A DNA stretch of 55,164 nucleotides, filler included, from Sphacelaria rigidula (lineage: Eukaryota), in assembly GCA_964200075.2 (NCBI GenBank). It is 4 parts of 4 records of this genome, joined end to end, with 100 filler letters (N's around TTAATTAATTAA, not from the genome) between each part and the next. Parts side by side here need not be neighbours in the genome. Positions count along the whole stretch, not along the records: positions 27,640 to 41,353 come from CAXNAA020002706.1; positions 41,454 to 55,164 come from CAXNAA020002707.1; 2 more parts are not named here. One strand, given 5' to 3'. Both the position numbers and the translations under genes were made by a program. Position 1 is the first letter of the stretch. Every line of letters begins with the position of its first letter. The notes beneath the pieces were generated by a model. The model had not been told where the DNA came from. It did no database searches and saw only the letters and a program-made list of their open reading frames with translations. This document shows, one piece after another, positions 36,301 to 49,199 of the stretch.

Positions 36301-36819
36301 GTGAAGTCAATTTATACGACGTAGATACCCATATCATCTTTTCGTGGCGCTGCTTTCCAGTGAGCCTCAGTTTCCGCCCCAACCGATACAAAAATATCGC
36401 CCAAAATCAGGGTGTAGGTCCACGTATGCGATTTCCCGGGACGACAGCTATCCCCACTACACGTCGCTACTGAACGCACATCATGCCAGGAGCAACTTCT
36501 TGTTGCGGTGAAGAGTGATGACCAAACAGACTTCCAGGTCTTTCATGTCTTGATAAAATCATTTGCCAACACGTACGCATGCTGAGTGCCATGCTCAACA
36601 TTTTTTTTCCTAGTGTTTCCTGCGGTCTCGGCCAATGGCTGCTACCAACCAACCAATCAACCTCCGACAGGCCTTGTGGTCGTTGGTAGACCGCGGCTTC
36701 TCAAGGGTTAATGACGCGATCATTTCTCGCAGTCGATACTTTTCAGTACCGCACCGTTAAGCTTTCTTTTCACAACCTAGTAAGCATACGCAAACTAGCG
36801 AGCAAATCTTTGAACTCAC

Positions 36820-37020
36820 CTCCTGGAGGTGCCCGTTGTCAACAGCTTCCCACAAGCGCCAGAGGACGTCAGAAGCAATGATCGTGCCCTGAGAGTGTGC
36901 CACCAGGACCACTTTGGTTTTGCTCTCGTCCTGGAGAGCACTCATCAGTTCCACCGTTAGAAGATGAGCAGGAACGGTGGTGGCCCAGTTCTGACCGATC
37001 CACATCTTGCTGAAGATGCA
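36820..37020 (-). CDS. Alpha/beta-hydrolase-fold protein, exon 4 (nucleophile elbow)
   Basis: gagcag|CIFSKMWIGQNWATTVPAHLLTVELMSALQDESKTKVVLVAHSQGTIIASDVLWRLWEAVDNGHLQE|gtgagt, 201 nt. AHSQG is the lipase/esterase nucleophile motif. Confidence 0.9.
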
Positions 37021-37593
37021 CTGCTCGAGGGGATGAAAACAACGCGGTCATCAACGGAATGCTCTCAATATCAGAAATTATCACGCGCATTTGCAGCACT
37101 ACCAACAGCTGTCCTTGCATCTGCTGAGGCGAAAGCGTGAGGTCTGCAGGAGTGACACTTCGAGATTGGGCCATGGTTGTGGAACATGTGCACAGGTGCC
37201 CAACGCTCTGGCCAAGTACGCATCGCCCACCAAACTAGGAGCTTAAATGAATGATTGGTTGTTGTCGCACATTCACTGATCCTGGTCACCATCCGCAAGA
37301 GACAGGTACATACACAGCGTAAACAAATGGAAACGCTGGCTAGGAATACAGCCAATAAAGGATAAGCATCAATTGGAAACGGGTAGGGGAGGCGGGAGTA
37401 ATCGCTTCTCAATCTCAATCCCGACTACAACCTTCACATGCTGCGGTCCATCTATAACCGATCGCACATGCATCTGTCAAGTAGTGGTCGAATGCAAAAT
37501 AAAATGATCGGTTTGAAAAACGGCACCGAGAGAGCACGCTCAAGGGCTTGCACCACACGAAGCTATCTAGGCAATGAACAGGACCAATACTAC

Positions 37594-37785
37594 CTCCATG
37601 AGGTCGACCAAGGCAGAGTCGGTGGGGTTGTGAACGACGGTCACGTCAGTCTTGAACATGGTGGCCAGCTCCTGGCCAGTGGCAAGGGCCATGCGCTTAG
37701 TCGTGCAGATACCGTTGACGTACACGAACGTTTCCGGCGAGGAAGGGGGCTCGTACAAGTCGGGAGGGGGACTCACAACTTCCAC
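37594..37785 (-). CDS. Alpha/beta-hydrolase-fold protein, exon 3
   Basis: acacag|VEVVSPPPDLYEPPSSPETFVYVNGICTTKRMALATGQELATMFKTDVTVVHNPTDSALVDLME|gtagta. It has the YVNGI oxyanion-region motif and the 'HNPT…D..EC' motif. Confidence 0.88.
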
Positions 37786-38262
37786 CTGTGTTGCGGTAGT
37801 GCGCAAAGCGTTTACGTGAGCCGGTGTTTTCAACTGCAGTGTCATACACGAGTCACATGAATACAGACAAGCTACATCTCTGTGCCAGCGAATAGACACT
37901 ACTTGAAATTTATCTGGCAACTCTGTTTCTGGGGCCTCAGACTACACTAAATGGTGTTATTTGGTAGTAATAAAATACGTTATACTCCGGAGTAACAGCT
38001 ACTGTGCGAAACAAGAACCTGCACCTCCCCCAGGTTTTCGGCCCAACAACGTTGACTGCACGTATGCTGGCGACTGTTGTAACTTGTTTGTGGACAGAAG
38101 CATGCTGTCGTCTTCACCTTCTCCAAAACGCACGAAAGACGTTTACACCGTGTGGGGTGTGTGGGGTGCGATGCGTACCCCGGCAACACGATGAAGCGGA
38201 CGCTTTTTTCTTTGCGTAGTCAAACCTCGCTCATATCCAGCTCACATCATTGAAGGGCGTAA

Positions 38263-38723
38263 GACCACTTTGTGTGGCAACCAAGCCGTATTTCCACAAA
38301 TATGAGAATTTCAGCCCGTTTAAATCCGATTTTCTCCCGTGGGTTGATTTTTCGGACCCCAGTCCGTTGGGCAATGTTTTTCGCCTAGCTCTGAGGAAAC
38401 CAGATCAATTCTCCGATCCTCTGGACGCTGACTTTTGGCTCATCACCTTTCTGCTCAGATCGGGAGACTCCCGCATCTCTCCCGATTTGGGCCACAGATC
38501 CGAGGGAGATGCGGGAGTCTCCCGATCTGAGCAGAAAGGTGATGAACCAAAAGTCAGCGTCCAGAGGATTGGAGAATTGATCTGGTTTCCTCAGAGCTAG
38601 GCGAAAAACATTGCCCAACGGACTGGGGTCCAAAAAAATCAATCCACGAGAGAAAATCGGATTTAAACGGGCTGGAATCCTCATATTTGTGGAAATACGG
38701 ATTGGTTGTCATACAAAGTGGTC
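38263..38723. mobile_element. Foldback MITE, GACCAC family, full copy
   Basis: 461-bp palindrome GACCACTTTG…CAAAGTGGTC. Flanks taa/caa (3-bp TSD, one mismatch). Confidence 0.85.
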
Positions 38724-38799
38724 CAACTGTTTTCAATGATCCAGATGTGACTCGTTCGGAAGTACTAGCGGAATAACAAACAAACAACCCATGTCTTAC

Positions 38800-38870
38800 C
38801 GTGGCATCGTCGGAGTAGCACAACCATCCCAACACAGGAAATAGCTGCTTTAACCACGAGGGAGACCCCC
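38800..38870 (-). CDS. Alpha/beta-hydrolase-fold protein, exon 2
   Basis: ctgcag|GG+GSPSWLKQLFPVLGWLCYSDDAT|gtaaga, 71 nt. Its phase 1/0 exactly bridges exons 1 and 3. Confidence 0.8.
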
Positions 38871-39943
38871 CTGCAGTTCAGCGAGAAGGGCGGACGGAGA
38901 AGTATTGTTCTGTGACCCGAACATGTTCGCATTCGACACGCGCAAACTACAACATTGATGTTGCATGTACATGAACCCCCACGTAGTTTTCCATTAACTG
39001 TAACTCGCAAGTGGAGACCGTACCGCGCTGTGTTGTTCATTTCTCAGCAGCACTTGAGAAGGAACCAACGCCGGTGTGAAAATATGGAATTTGTTCACCC
39101 TTACTCCTGTGAGACACACTTCGCGCACAGTAAAACACTCAGGGTTATTGATACACAGGTGCCAAATCACTGTAATAATAAGCATATTCATGTATTATTG
39201 GGATTATAGTACAGTATAAATCAATTCAGTTCATGTAAGCAGTCCCGGCAGTGTTGCGAATGTAAACGGTGCACTTTGTTTTCGAGGCGTAGTGAACACA
39301 AGTCAGGCCAAAAGATCTCAGCTGAAACGCCGGACTTTACCATGGCGAACAATTGATAGATTGTTTTTAAACAAAGGGATGCTTCACGTCAATCTTTGGG
39401 CTACTTTGTTCGGCGAGTCTTGTTGGGATCAGATGGCCAACCCTTGGCATTTTGAGATAGGGAATCCAAACGCAGGGTAACAGGGAAAACTGCCTGGAAT
39501 TGCTGTTGCTACCGAAAAATACGTCTCGTAAATCCGTGCTTGTAGAACATGCAGCATCTCCGTGTCTCTAAAAATATTTTTTTCCCCAGGTTACGCTTGA
39601 CGCAGAATGAAAAGCCATCGTCATGGTATCCCTTTCGGGCCTGGACCTCTTATAGCACCGTGTCAACACAGTGACTACTTGACAATATTCTGCCGACTGG
39701 TGCTGAATCGATCACATCGGCAGAAGAAAAGGGACCGAGCGGCTAGCGACCCAAAATGTACAAGCTTTTTCGATCTTCTTCGAAATCGCGGCCAGTGACT
39801 GACATCGCTAGCACACGACGCGTTTCGTCTCGTCATTGAGAGCGGCCTCAAGCCTTTTTCTCGGGCTTGGTTCTCAAATGGCCATCGACCTCGAATTGAT
39901 AAGATCGCTACTCGTGAACTGCTCTGTACATACAGCGACTCAC

Positions 39944-40091
39944 CAGGAAACGTTGGCCGGATGAAAGCTATGATGGTTCCGATTGCAGCGATGTACCTCC
40001 CTGCAAATAACATTGCCAGCAGACCTAGGTCCAGCGTTATCAAATCCCACCAGCTGGAAGGCAAGCCTAGGATGCCAAAGATGACCATAGG
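39944..40091 (-). CDS. Alpha/beta-hydrolase-fold protein, exon 1 (hydrophobic N-terminus; start may be ATG 40088)
   Basis: ccccag|PMVIFGILGLPSSWWDLITLDLGLLAMLFAGRYIAAIGTIIAFIRPTFP+G|gtgagt, phase-1 donor. Confidence 0.75.
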
Positions 40092-41353
40092 CTGGGGCGA
40101 GGAGCAACACACACATCAAAGCAGTTATATCGACGAACACTCTGCGAACCTTTTACGCTATACTCTACCGTACTGATTGTCCTGTCTGCAGAGGTGAGGG
40201 CTCAACGTGAACACACAAAAACAGCTGCCCGATGGTCGTTCAAGCCGCAAGACATGTTTTACACTCGAATGTCATGTATCGACAACCCCTGCTTTGCTAA
40301 TAATTCATCTCCATCACGAGCTCGTCAAACAAGGAAACGCTACGGTGTGCAACTCTGTTTCACTCGAGCTGTCTGCGAATGATTGTATACAACAGTACAA
40401 TATTTGAGTCGTTCTTAATCGTACCCACGCACGGTCGAAAGGCATCAACGGAGACTATCCGACGTTGCATGAGTCGCGTCGTGAGCTGCGGCATGCAACA
40501 CGCCGACAAAAGAAGCTGATCGGCTATTGAATCGACCTGTTGACTACATACTATCCCTGGAAATTGACGCAACGACAGTGGCCAGGAAAGGGTTTGCTGC
40601 GTGAATTTGGTTGTTGGACGATACGGTGATCAGCGCGATTCTTTCACGGTGCGGAAAAACGTACGTTTCACTCGAGTTTCAGTGCTTATGCGAAAACGTG
40701 CAGTGCTGCCTCCTTTCTGCACAGTAACTGAGAGAAAACATGGGGGAAACAAGCTAGATTGCGCAGAGGAGAGGTGCAAGTTGAACGCAATTCAGCAGAG
40801 CTGCCCTTCCCCCCGAAGTTTCACAGAAAAGCCGGTGCGCTCGCTTTGTGCCCATTTTTGTTCACATTTTTGCCGATCGTGGCCTCTCGTTTCTCGCCCA
40901 CGGGTGCATGCACCTTTTCGTGTCCATTTTCTTGGGGGAGGGAGGCGCACTTAGCTTTACTCGCAGGAGTGTAACAGTGCAGGCAGTCTGTACCTTGTTA
41001 AAAACAATACCCTTTTGGATGCAGAATGTTCAGACCGCCTGTATACTGCACACGTTGTTCAAGTCTCTCTTCCACCTTCTACGATTTTACAACACATACA
41101 TCCCACGGAAGAGTCAGCCGAAATATAGAATATTGTACAAAAACAAGGCCTGGCGCTCAGACGGGAAACGGCCCTGATCAGCAGAGGACCAGGCAGGGTG
41201 CGGAATTTTCGGGCTGTACACCAGGTGGTGTGCATGGGTGATGTTTACAATTCCCATCATACTGGAGAGTTTTTTTTCAATTCCCACACTTTGAACCCCT
41301 CCCCTTCCTCGGGATGAGTCCGTGGTCTCAAGGGATCAACCCATCCCTCCCCC

Positions 41354-41453
41354 NNNNNNNNNNNNNNNNNNNNNNNNNNNNNNNNNNNNNNNNNNNNTTA
41401 ATTAATTAANNNNNNNNNNNNNNNNNNNNNNNNNNNNNNNNNNNNNNNNNNNN
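41354..41453. other. Artificial contig spacer
   Basis: N44-TTAATTAATTAA-N44. Confidence 0.95.
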
Positions 41454-41454
41454 A

Positions 41455-41745
41455 GCCATCGTCGTCATCATAGGATTTTGCACGCGTGCTATCGATAGCC
41501 ATTGCCGTCACCAATACATGTCGAAAGCTATCGATCGATGCATTTGGTCGGCCGCAATACATTTCGGGGTAGGGCCGGAGCAGACTGCTGCCCAGACGAG
41601 AATGTGGGAAACTGGTCTATCGATAGACATTGCCACCGACAATAGAAAAATGTACTTGCCGACCGATGGCCATTACGGAGAACAATATTGGCATCTACTG
41701 CAGCAGATTCCATTGCTATCGCAATAGATGCCGTCTATTGTCAAG
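41455..41745. repeat. TE terminal region with CTATCGATAG motifs (copy 1)
   Basis: Direct homologue of about 49285-49585. Related motifs occur at about 48480-48750. Confidence 0.75.
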
Positions 41746-43507
41746 GGTGTGGAAACGTGCAGACTCCCACCTACTTGATTTTGATATGAAATATAAGTTT
41801 CGGGTATAATGGAAAACAGTGCACTAGGTTTTCGAGTTTCGCAACCAAAACACTCACATATCATATGTTTCTTGGACCACCCGGGACGTAAAACACTCAC
41901 CTGTTTTATTTCGAGGCATTCTGTACTGCCTCCCAAGGGGGTCTTCACGCTGGGACCCACGGAAGCCGCCAAGCGAAAGTATGAAATAGTGTTGACAATA
42001 CGGCTTGTTTCCATTCGAAGCACCAATATCTACGGCACTGCCTTTTTGAGGACGATCTGAGCTTTAATACCACCGATATGGGGAAACCTTCCCGTGGTAT
42101 TTCGTGCCATTTATACGTGGCAACCACACAACGCCAAACCCCCACATCCCCGACAGAAACAAGCCCACGGTGTAAGGTATAACTCGATCCCAGATAGTAA
42201 TCGTTTTCACACATGTTTCTGTTAGATTCCGCGCTGATGCACAACCAGGATTCAAAGTACGTGTTGATCGAGTAAAATTTGGGTTGAGAAATCATGTTTT
42301 CGCTTAATTATAGCAGTTTGAAGAGCACTCATTGATATAGGTACCGTTTCGCCCTCAGCGCCATCGCTACGGTCTTAGACAAAAATCCCGCTTTCGTCCT
42401 CGTCGCCTGCTCTTCGCGGTCAGCTTGATACATGTGTTCGACGAGTTGGTGGGTATCGCGGAAGGCATTTGAGATAATGACACAACTTTGGTCAATGAGT
42501 GCAAACCAGGCTCCATTCTTCACCAAATTTCAAACCACACCTCGAACTCAACACGAAATCCATGTCATGTATCAAAGACGTGGGGGTTAGGGTTCGAGGG
42601 CATTGATCGTTTCCCCTTGCCCAAAGGAATCGTCATACCCAAAATCAGGGCCATCCGCTGGTTCTACGGTGACGAGGTTTACTCCGCACAGCGTGTATCG
42701 GTGAGGAGGCATTTGACCGGGCTGTTGTGTAAGTGGCTTCCTGTCCCCAAATCAGATGACTGACAAGTTTTGCGGATCACGACCGAAAATGTCTGCGTCG
42801 ATGAGATGTGGTTGTGACAGCTCAAGCTCGTCTTCATACCCACTGCCGTAATATAATGATCGCCATTTGTTGTGAATTGATGTTATGCCGGTAGTTTCGG
42901 TGCCCGAAATACACCATGCAGGAGTATATATTGCACAGTGCGTGGCAGAACTCTTTTGTGTGTACGAGTTCTTGGCAGTCCTGTTGTCCTATACATACCG
43001 GCATCGATATGCGTTTCCTACGCGCCATCCTCCATGTGAGCTGCTCTTTCGAAGCACCCTTCAGAGTAGGAACGAGTGACATCACATTTCAGCGGCGTGA
43101 GGTAGCCGTTTTACAATATTTTGAACTGGTGCACACCACAAAAACATCGAACCATCCAGTGGGAGAGAAGTTGCAAATGTGTTCGGCCCGGTAACGCTTT
43201 GCACCCATCCCGTGTCCACTCTTCATAGAATACAGATCGCCTTACTTTCACGAAAGAGCATAGAGCGATGAGAACGCAGGACCACTCCGTCCATGAGTAA
43301 CTGATCCGGCGAGTACCATCTGGAATAAGGGGGTGGAAGTATTTACATTCCCCTTTGCGGTCTCGTGGACAGAAAATGCACCTTACAGTTATCACTGTAC
43401 ACCACTGTTCACAACGTCATTGGACTGTCTCACACGATCCACGACCAAGGCTTGAAAACAAAAACCGCCAGCAGTCTAACCCCGGGAAGATTGCCTGTAG
43501 CTTTTAC

Positions 43508-43827
43508 CTGGTGTGTCGAATAGTAGTCACAGTGCCCCGCAAAATCCCAGATTACCACTTCAAGCGGCTGAGCCGGGTTGGGTCTCCACGGCTGGATGTG
43601 AACATCCACACCTCGAGTGCGCTCACTTTTGGTCGTTGGAGCTGGCCCGCCTCGCAGTAAACCTCTCGTGAGAGTAGTTTTCCCTGCACATACCGCACCA
43701 ACCAGCACCACCTTCAACTTATGAGAAGTTGTTGCTCCCGAGCGTTCCAGCGCCTCGTAGTAGCTAACGATTTGCGCCCATCCGCCGAAAACAACCTCCT
43801 CTGAAGGCTCACTCCAAGGGTTATCCC
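43508..43827 (-). CDS. LRR-ROCO GTPase, LRR cap plus Roc domain exon
   Basis: tctag|GG+DNPWSEPSEEVVFGGWAQIVSYYEALERSGATTSHKLKVVLVGAVCAGKTTL…ERTRGVDV…VIWDFAGHCDYYSTHQ|gtaaaa. It has a P-loop GxxxxGKT, switch I T-x-G-V-D and the Roc signature WDFAG..Y..TH. Confidence 0.92.
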
Positions 43828-44929
43828 CTAGACGTGTTACACCACCGCCCAACAAACTATATGGAGTCACCAGCGCAGAGATTCGAGCGAACCTCTCAGC
43901 GGTAGCCTTTGGTATGCCTGTACGCGTTCACACGAACATTGTAGAGAATGTATCACGTGTTCGAAAGTTAACCGAATGAAGTCAAATGTACTACAACCTG
44001 ATTCAGAGCAAAATAGGTGGTTCCGATAACGATAAATACCTAGACCCTCGCATCTAGCTAGGATCACAATACATCCCTCACCACAAGGAATACCGGATAG
44101 TGAACACATCATCGTGGCACCAGTCGAGCTCTTTCCTTTTTTTCGCCAGAACACGGACTGCACCTTATCGGGAAAAGGGTCCGATACATGGCAGGACAGT
44201 TTGGTTACTTTCCGACATGTTATATTCCCCACGGAGCAGGCTTTGATTCCGCAGGCGGTACAAACACTGTCTTCTGCTCGTACAGAGCACATCTTGGGGG
44301 GCTCCGGAAAACGATTGGGTAGTCATGTACAAAGAGGTATGGTGAAAGCGCCCAGCGTTCTTCTGGTTGGCAAACAATACAAAAGAGGAGACTTTTTCAA
44401 CGCACGACGGGAAGTGCTGAAATGTCCGTGATTAGGGACTGCTCTCGCTCTCCGTGTGAAACAGGGGGCCCTTTCTAGTTACCCTTACGATAGGAGGCAA
44501 ATGTAGCCTCGCTAGCCGAGCCGACTTACCAGCCGTAAACAGCAAACTCGAGCAGTGAACGATGGCCGAAAACAACAAAAACCTCCTGGTCCTGGGGGCA
44601 TGACACAACGTGTCTTACTTGGTGAAGGGGCGACTTTCACGGCTATGGAATGACCCTAAAACGACAGCTACTAATTGATATTGGATGCCCTTGAGTGAGG
44701 TACCCCAAACGGCCGAGCCATCAGTTCGTGTGTACTCAGGTCAGCGTTACTGACGGCGTAGGCTGTGCCAGATTTGTGAAATACAGTATCAGCTATACCG
44801 TGCAAAAGGAAAGTGGAGGTAGTATGAGCTGTTCAACAGTACATTCTTCTGCATGACACGAGCACTCGGGAGTGAAGCTGTTCCCTGCACCACATGGTCG
44901 GCGTTCGCTTTCTAGGTCACCGAACTGAC

Positions 44930-45540
44930 ATGACCCTGTTTATTCTCGTCGGTTGTTGTCTTCTTCCTTTTTATCGCAACCTTGGCCATGTTCCTCGCTG
45001 CGTTCCCACACGTGTTCTCCTTGGTTTGTCGTGTTCCATTTTTCGTTATTTTCCCTCCTACTATCTATCCCGATGTCCTTCTCTTCCTCTTTTTTATTTT
45101 TCAGTCTATTTGTTTTACTTCTCATACGGTAGCGGTGTTCTGTGTCTCGTTCCCTGAGAGGTCGTTGGTGACAGTCCATGTCATAATAGTGTGTTTCCAC
45201 ATAGCTTCCACGTATTTTTGTCCTCGTACGACAGTTTTCCTCTCAAGTCATATTGCCCGGACTGACCATTTCTGGTTACTACAGTAATTGCTTTCTCTTT
45301 TTTTCGTCACCATTTCATCATCGACACGGGGACCTGCTTCCCGACCCAATAATTACTTCCTTTTCCTTCTCTTCCTCCATGTGATGTCCCTCTTTTTCTT
45401 GTGCATCGCCTTTTGTTTACAGTTTGATACATTTACTTGCATCTGCACTTCTTCATATTTCCGCGTCGTCGAGTTCCCTTTAGCGCGTGTCATGAACTTG
45501 GGCGCGTGTATCTTGTCATCACGCCTGAATCCCTAGTGTC
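44930..45540 (-). mobile_element. Probable degenerate LINE-like remnant
   Basis: Purine-rich, coding-like minus strand with many stops, similar in composition to 18200-18760. No motif was confidently identified. Confidence 0.35.
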
Positions 45541-45989
45541 TTGATTCATCACATTTAATCGATCAAATCAATTAATATATTCTTGCATCACGATGCGCTG
45601 GGATTCCTCCCGAAATATATTACAGCATATGGCGAGGCACCTGACAGAACATGTCACCGCATGGGCTGCAATCGCAAAGACACCTGTGAGATTAAAATAT
45701 TTTACATCGCTGTGGACGCCAAACCTTTAAACCGCTCACAACGCCTTCTACATTATCTCTTGGACACGAACATCCGTGCGCACACTCGGGGAATACAAAT
45801 ATGTCAACAAGGCCGTACAGTACAAACGATTGGCGCATGACTGACAAAGTTGCCGACCTCATGGGCGGTACATCAAAACGGTAAACCAACGCGCTAATCC
45901 CAGTATCGATGGTCGCGCAGTATGTCCGAATATTGACTACTTTGTCACCATGAGCGTATACCACGGCAGCAGCTAATAGTATTCGAGTT

Positions 45990-47600
45990 AAAGCTGCAGT
46001 ATTTGTGAAACGATAAAGCGTTCGCAACGCAATTTGGGCGGACGTACAGGCCCACCATCTGGAAAGTTCGAATGATATATCATCGTCAGCTTCATGAGTG
46101 TTTCGGCAAGCAAAGGTGCGTCCGGAGTGCACGGATAAGGACGTCTCTAGGACACCGGGAGGAATTTTCTGGCACTTCAACTTGAGACCTCAATCACCCA
46201 GTTTCACACTTTTCCATTCAGCAGTCTCCAACTTTGATCGTTCAAATATTGCGTATGGCCAAGAATATAAAACCTGACACCGTCACAAACTGCATTTTCT
46301 TCCTTGGTATCAGGGCCATGGTCAGGGCTGGGGTTTCAGGTGTCTGGTTCGGAAACCCTGGTACCGAGAAGCGCCGCGAACATGTACGCCCTTGAAGCAC
46401 TGCAAGCAGCACTTGCCTTCAAGCGTTCAAGATTGGTGCCCGTATATTTTTCTCACCTTCGGGTTAATGCGGGACCAACAAGCTGTACAGGTTTGAATCT
46501 TCACCTCCGATGGGCCCTGAACCACACGTTATTTTCCGACAGCTGTAATGCCTGCAAGATGACTGCGCTGCATATGTCTTATCCACTCTCGACTCACCGG
46601 GACCAACAGAGTATACAGCATCACTGCGTTCACATCATGAGTAGTCGACTCGTATGAACTCTGACTCATCCTAACCGTGAAATATTGTGTTTACCAAGGA
46701 ACCTCCATGGTGCCTTCAAAACAACCGTCTGATCGATAGCAGCATCTCACGCACGTACTCAACAATGTGGCACAGAGAAAGGACAGCCCGCAAACAATGA
46801 AGCCGGCGCGCTCGTGGGCAGTATCCACACTACAGGCACAGTGCCAATGAGCCTCACGACGCGCAAGGAATGGCAGTACTGCATTTCGTTTGAAGAGCCA
46901 ACACATGTCACCTGCTGCATCTGGAACCATTTCCTCCTCCCCTTGTGCTAAAACCCAATCAACGCAAAACCCTACCGCACCCCACACAATGCAATTATAA
47001 TATATTTCCCTCGTTTTTTCTTCGTCCCTCTATTCCTTTCCTGTTTGTAATCCGACCCTCCGTCCTACGACTACTGACTGAACAACTGAACATACGATGG
47101 ATCTGAAGGATGTGGAGACTAGGCTGTGCTTGCTCCTATTTGACAGCCTGATAAAAATATGATTCAAATCGAATTGCACTACTAGCGAGCGCTGTATGCG
47201 TCGACTCCTGGGCCTTGTCTTCCTTCCTCGAGCTAAATTGTCACTCCAACAGGAGATCGACCCTCCCGGTCGAAGGGTTTATCGATGTTGATCCGTTTAT
47301 GCGGGATTATTGTTTTTTGGTGGAGGATGTGTGCCACCAGTCCGTTTCCTCGTCAGTGATATATATCCATCACCCTGATTGCTCGTGTGGCGATGATGGT
47401 CGGTGCAGGGTGATTTATGTCACAACCATTTTTCATGACGGAGGCACCGAAAAATGTGAATGTTACCGGGTGGCGCCATCAAATCACAGGGAAGATGCAC
47501 TCGTTCTGGCCATCACCTTTCGATGATGAAAAGTTCGAACACTTCGAGAAATTTCCGGCGACGTTTTCGCCACGACCAATAGTACGTTTACTTGTTACAA
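45990..47600 (-). mobile_element. Degenerate coding repeat (unclassified TE), copy 1
   Basis: Collinear with 49850-50200, about 50980-51005 and 52930-53860. Both copies translate similarly (…GFPNQ.P…LKCQ.I.PGVL…; …LA.GE..M.PDA.GDMCWL..RNA.LPF.AR…) but carry stops and frameshifts. Confidence 0.65.
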
Positions 47601-48169
47601 GCCTGACGACAGTTGAACTTACACAAGAACTGGTTTTCGAAACCCTTGTATACATTACGTGAATAAAAGCGCATGCACTCTTGGTCGTCGCGGAAATGTC
47701 ACCAAATATTTTCAACTGTGCATAATTTCGATAATCGAAGAGCAATATTTTTCTCTGGCGGGTTATGTCTACAACCTCCCCTTTTTCTCCTCAAAACTTG
47801 ATACCCGTGCAATAATCGTAGATGAGGGCGAGAAGGACTGTACAAACGAGGAAATACATGTGCAAAATTTGCAACTGACAAGAGACGCAGTCTCCGCAGA
47901 AAACGAAGTATTCCCACGTGTTCAGCGTCAGACTTCGAGGGCCAGGCAACCCAAATTGAAGAAAAATGACGACACTGATCTTCAGGATGTTCACGAATCA
48001 TGCGCATGAAGTCACCAAACTGGCATTATGGTAAATGACCTTTCACATCTTCTCATTGTTCGGAGAACGATTTCAAACATTTTTGAGAACTGCTTGGTTC
48101 ACCCAAAAAATATGCACGCAACAACATACAGGGTGTACCACGGAGAGATCATTTGATTCCCTTACTCTA

Positions 48170-48300
48170 CGGACTCGTCCTGAGAAAGAGGGAGGGGGGT
48201 TGGCCCCTTGCTTGACATCACAGACTCGTCTCGAGGGGGGGGGGGAAAGGCTTGTCCCCTTGACACCACGGACTCGTCCCGATGGAGAGAAGGGAAGGGA
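48170..48300. repeat. Short tandem repeat, about 50-bp unit x3
   Basis: c(g/a)gactcgtc…G-rich…cc(c)ttg units. Confidence 0.6.
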
Positions 48301-49199
48301 AGGTGCTATGATGTCAACGGCAATACCCCTGACAAATGGAACACGCAACGAACTGAGGCGATAGCTGGCCATAGCTTCTGTGGAATAGGGTGGAAACATA
48401 CATCGAAACTTGTGCATGAATGGCGCTAGCGATCGACGCCATTCAGCTACTTTTGTGGCCAGCAAAAAATATTAGTGGCCGCGATTCACATTCTATCGTA
48501 ATACTCAATAGACATTGGTGGGCGCAACTGACATCCTCTCGTGACCAACAATTTGTATTGGTGGAGCGTGGCAGATCCTTTTGTAATTAGCAATAGACAT
48601 TGGTGACCACAACTCAGAGCCTATTGCACCAAATAAAATGTACCGGTAGACAACTTGACCGCTCCATTGTCACGGCAATAATGCATTCTGCCCCCTGTCT
48701 CGAATCTATTGTCGACTACAAGAGCTATCGATAGACATTGATTCCAGTCGATTATGACTGACAAAGAACACTGACAGTCAAATTTTCGAGGCTTTTGCAG
48801 CGCCGATGTTTTATTACATAGACTTTTGTCCAGGGTATAAGCAAATCTCACCCACACACTCAAGTACGGTAAGCGCTCAAGTCCATCAGAGGGACAACCA
48901 TAAGTACCAACACCACGGCAGTAACTGAAGCTGTAAACTTTTGTCCACACATGTTGCCGATTCCTACAAAATACAAGCGTTCCGTAAGTAGAAACGTGAT
49001 GTCATACATTCACAAGTAGTATCATTATATACCCACTGCATGTCCACCTTCGGCTTCTCTACCGTACCTTAACGGAGTATAATCACTCTATACGTAGTAT
49101 GTTCCGATGTAGGTGCGGCAATTACACGACAGAGAAAGTCTATCGGTAGGCATTGTACAGTAGACCACAGTAGATTCTGGTTTGTATCCAACGATATTG

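Noticed and set aside
41750..43500. Candidate downstream Roc/COR exons
   Set aside because: Several AG/GT-bounded stretches exist, but none gave a recognisable Roc G4 or COR motif in phase 0.
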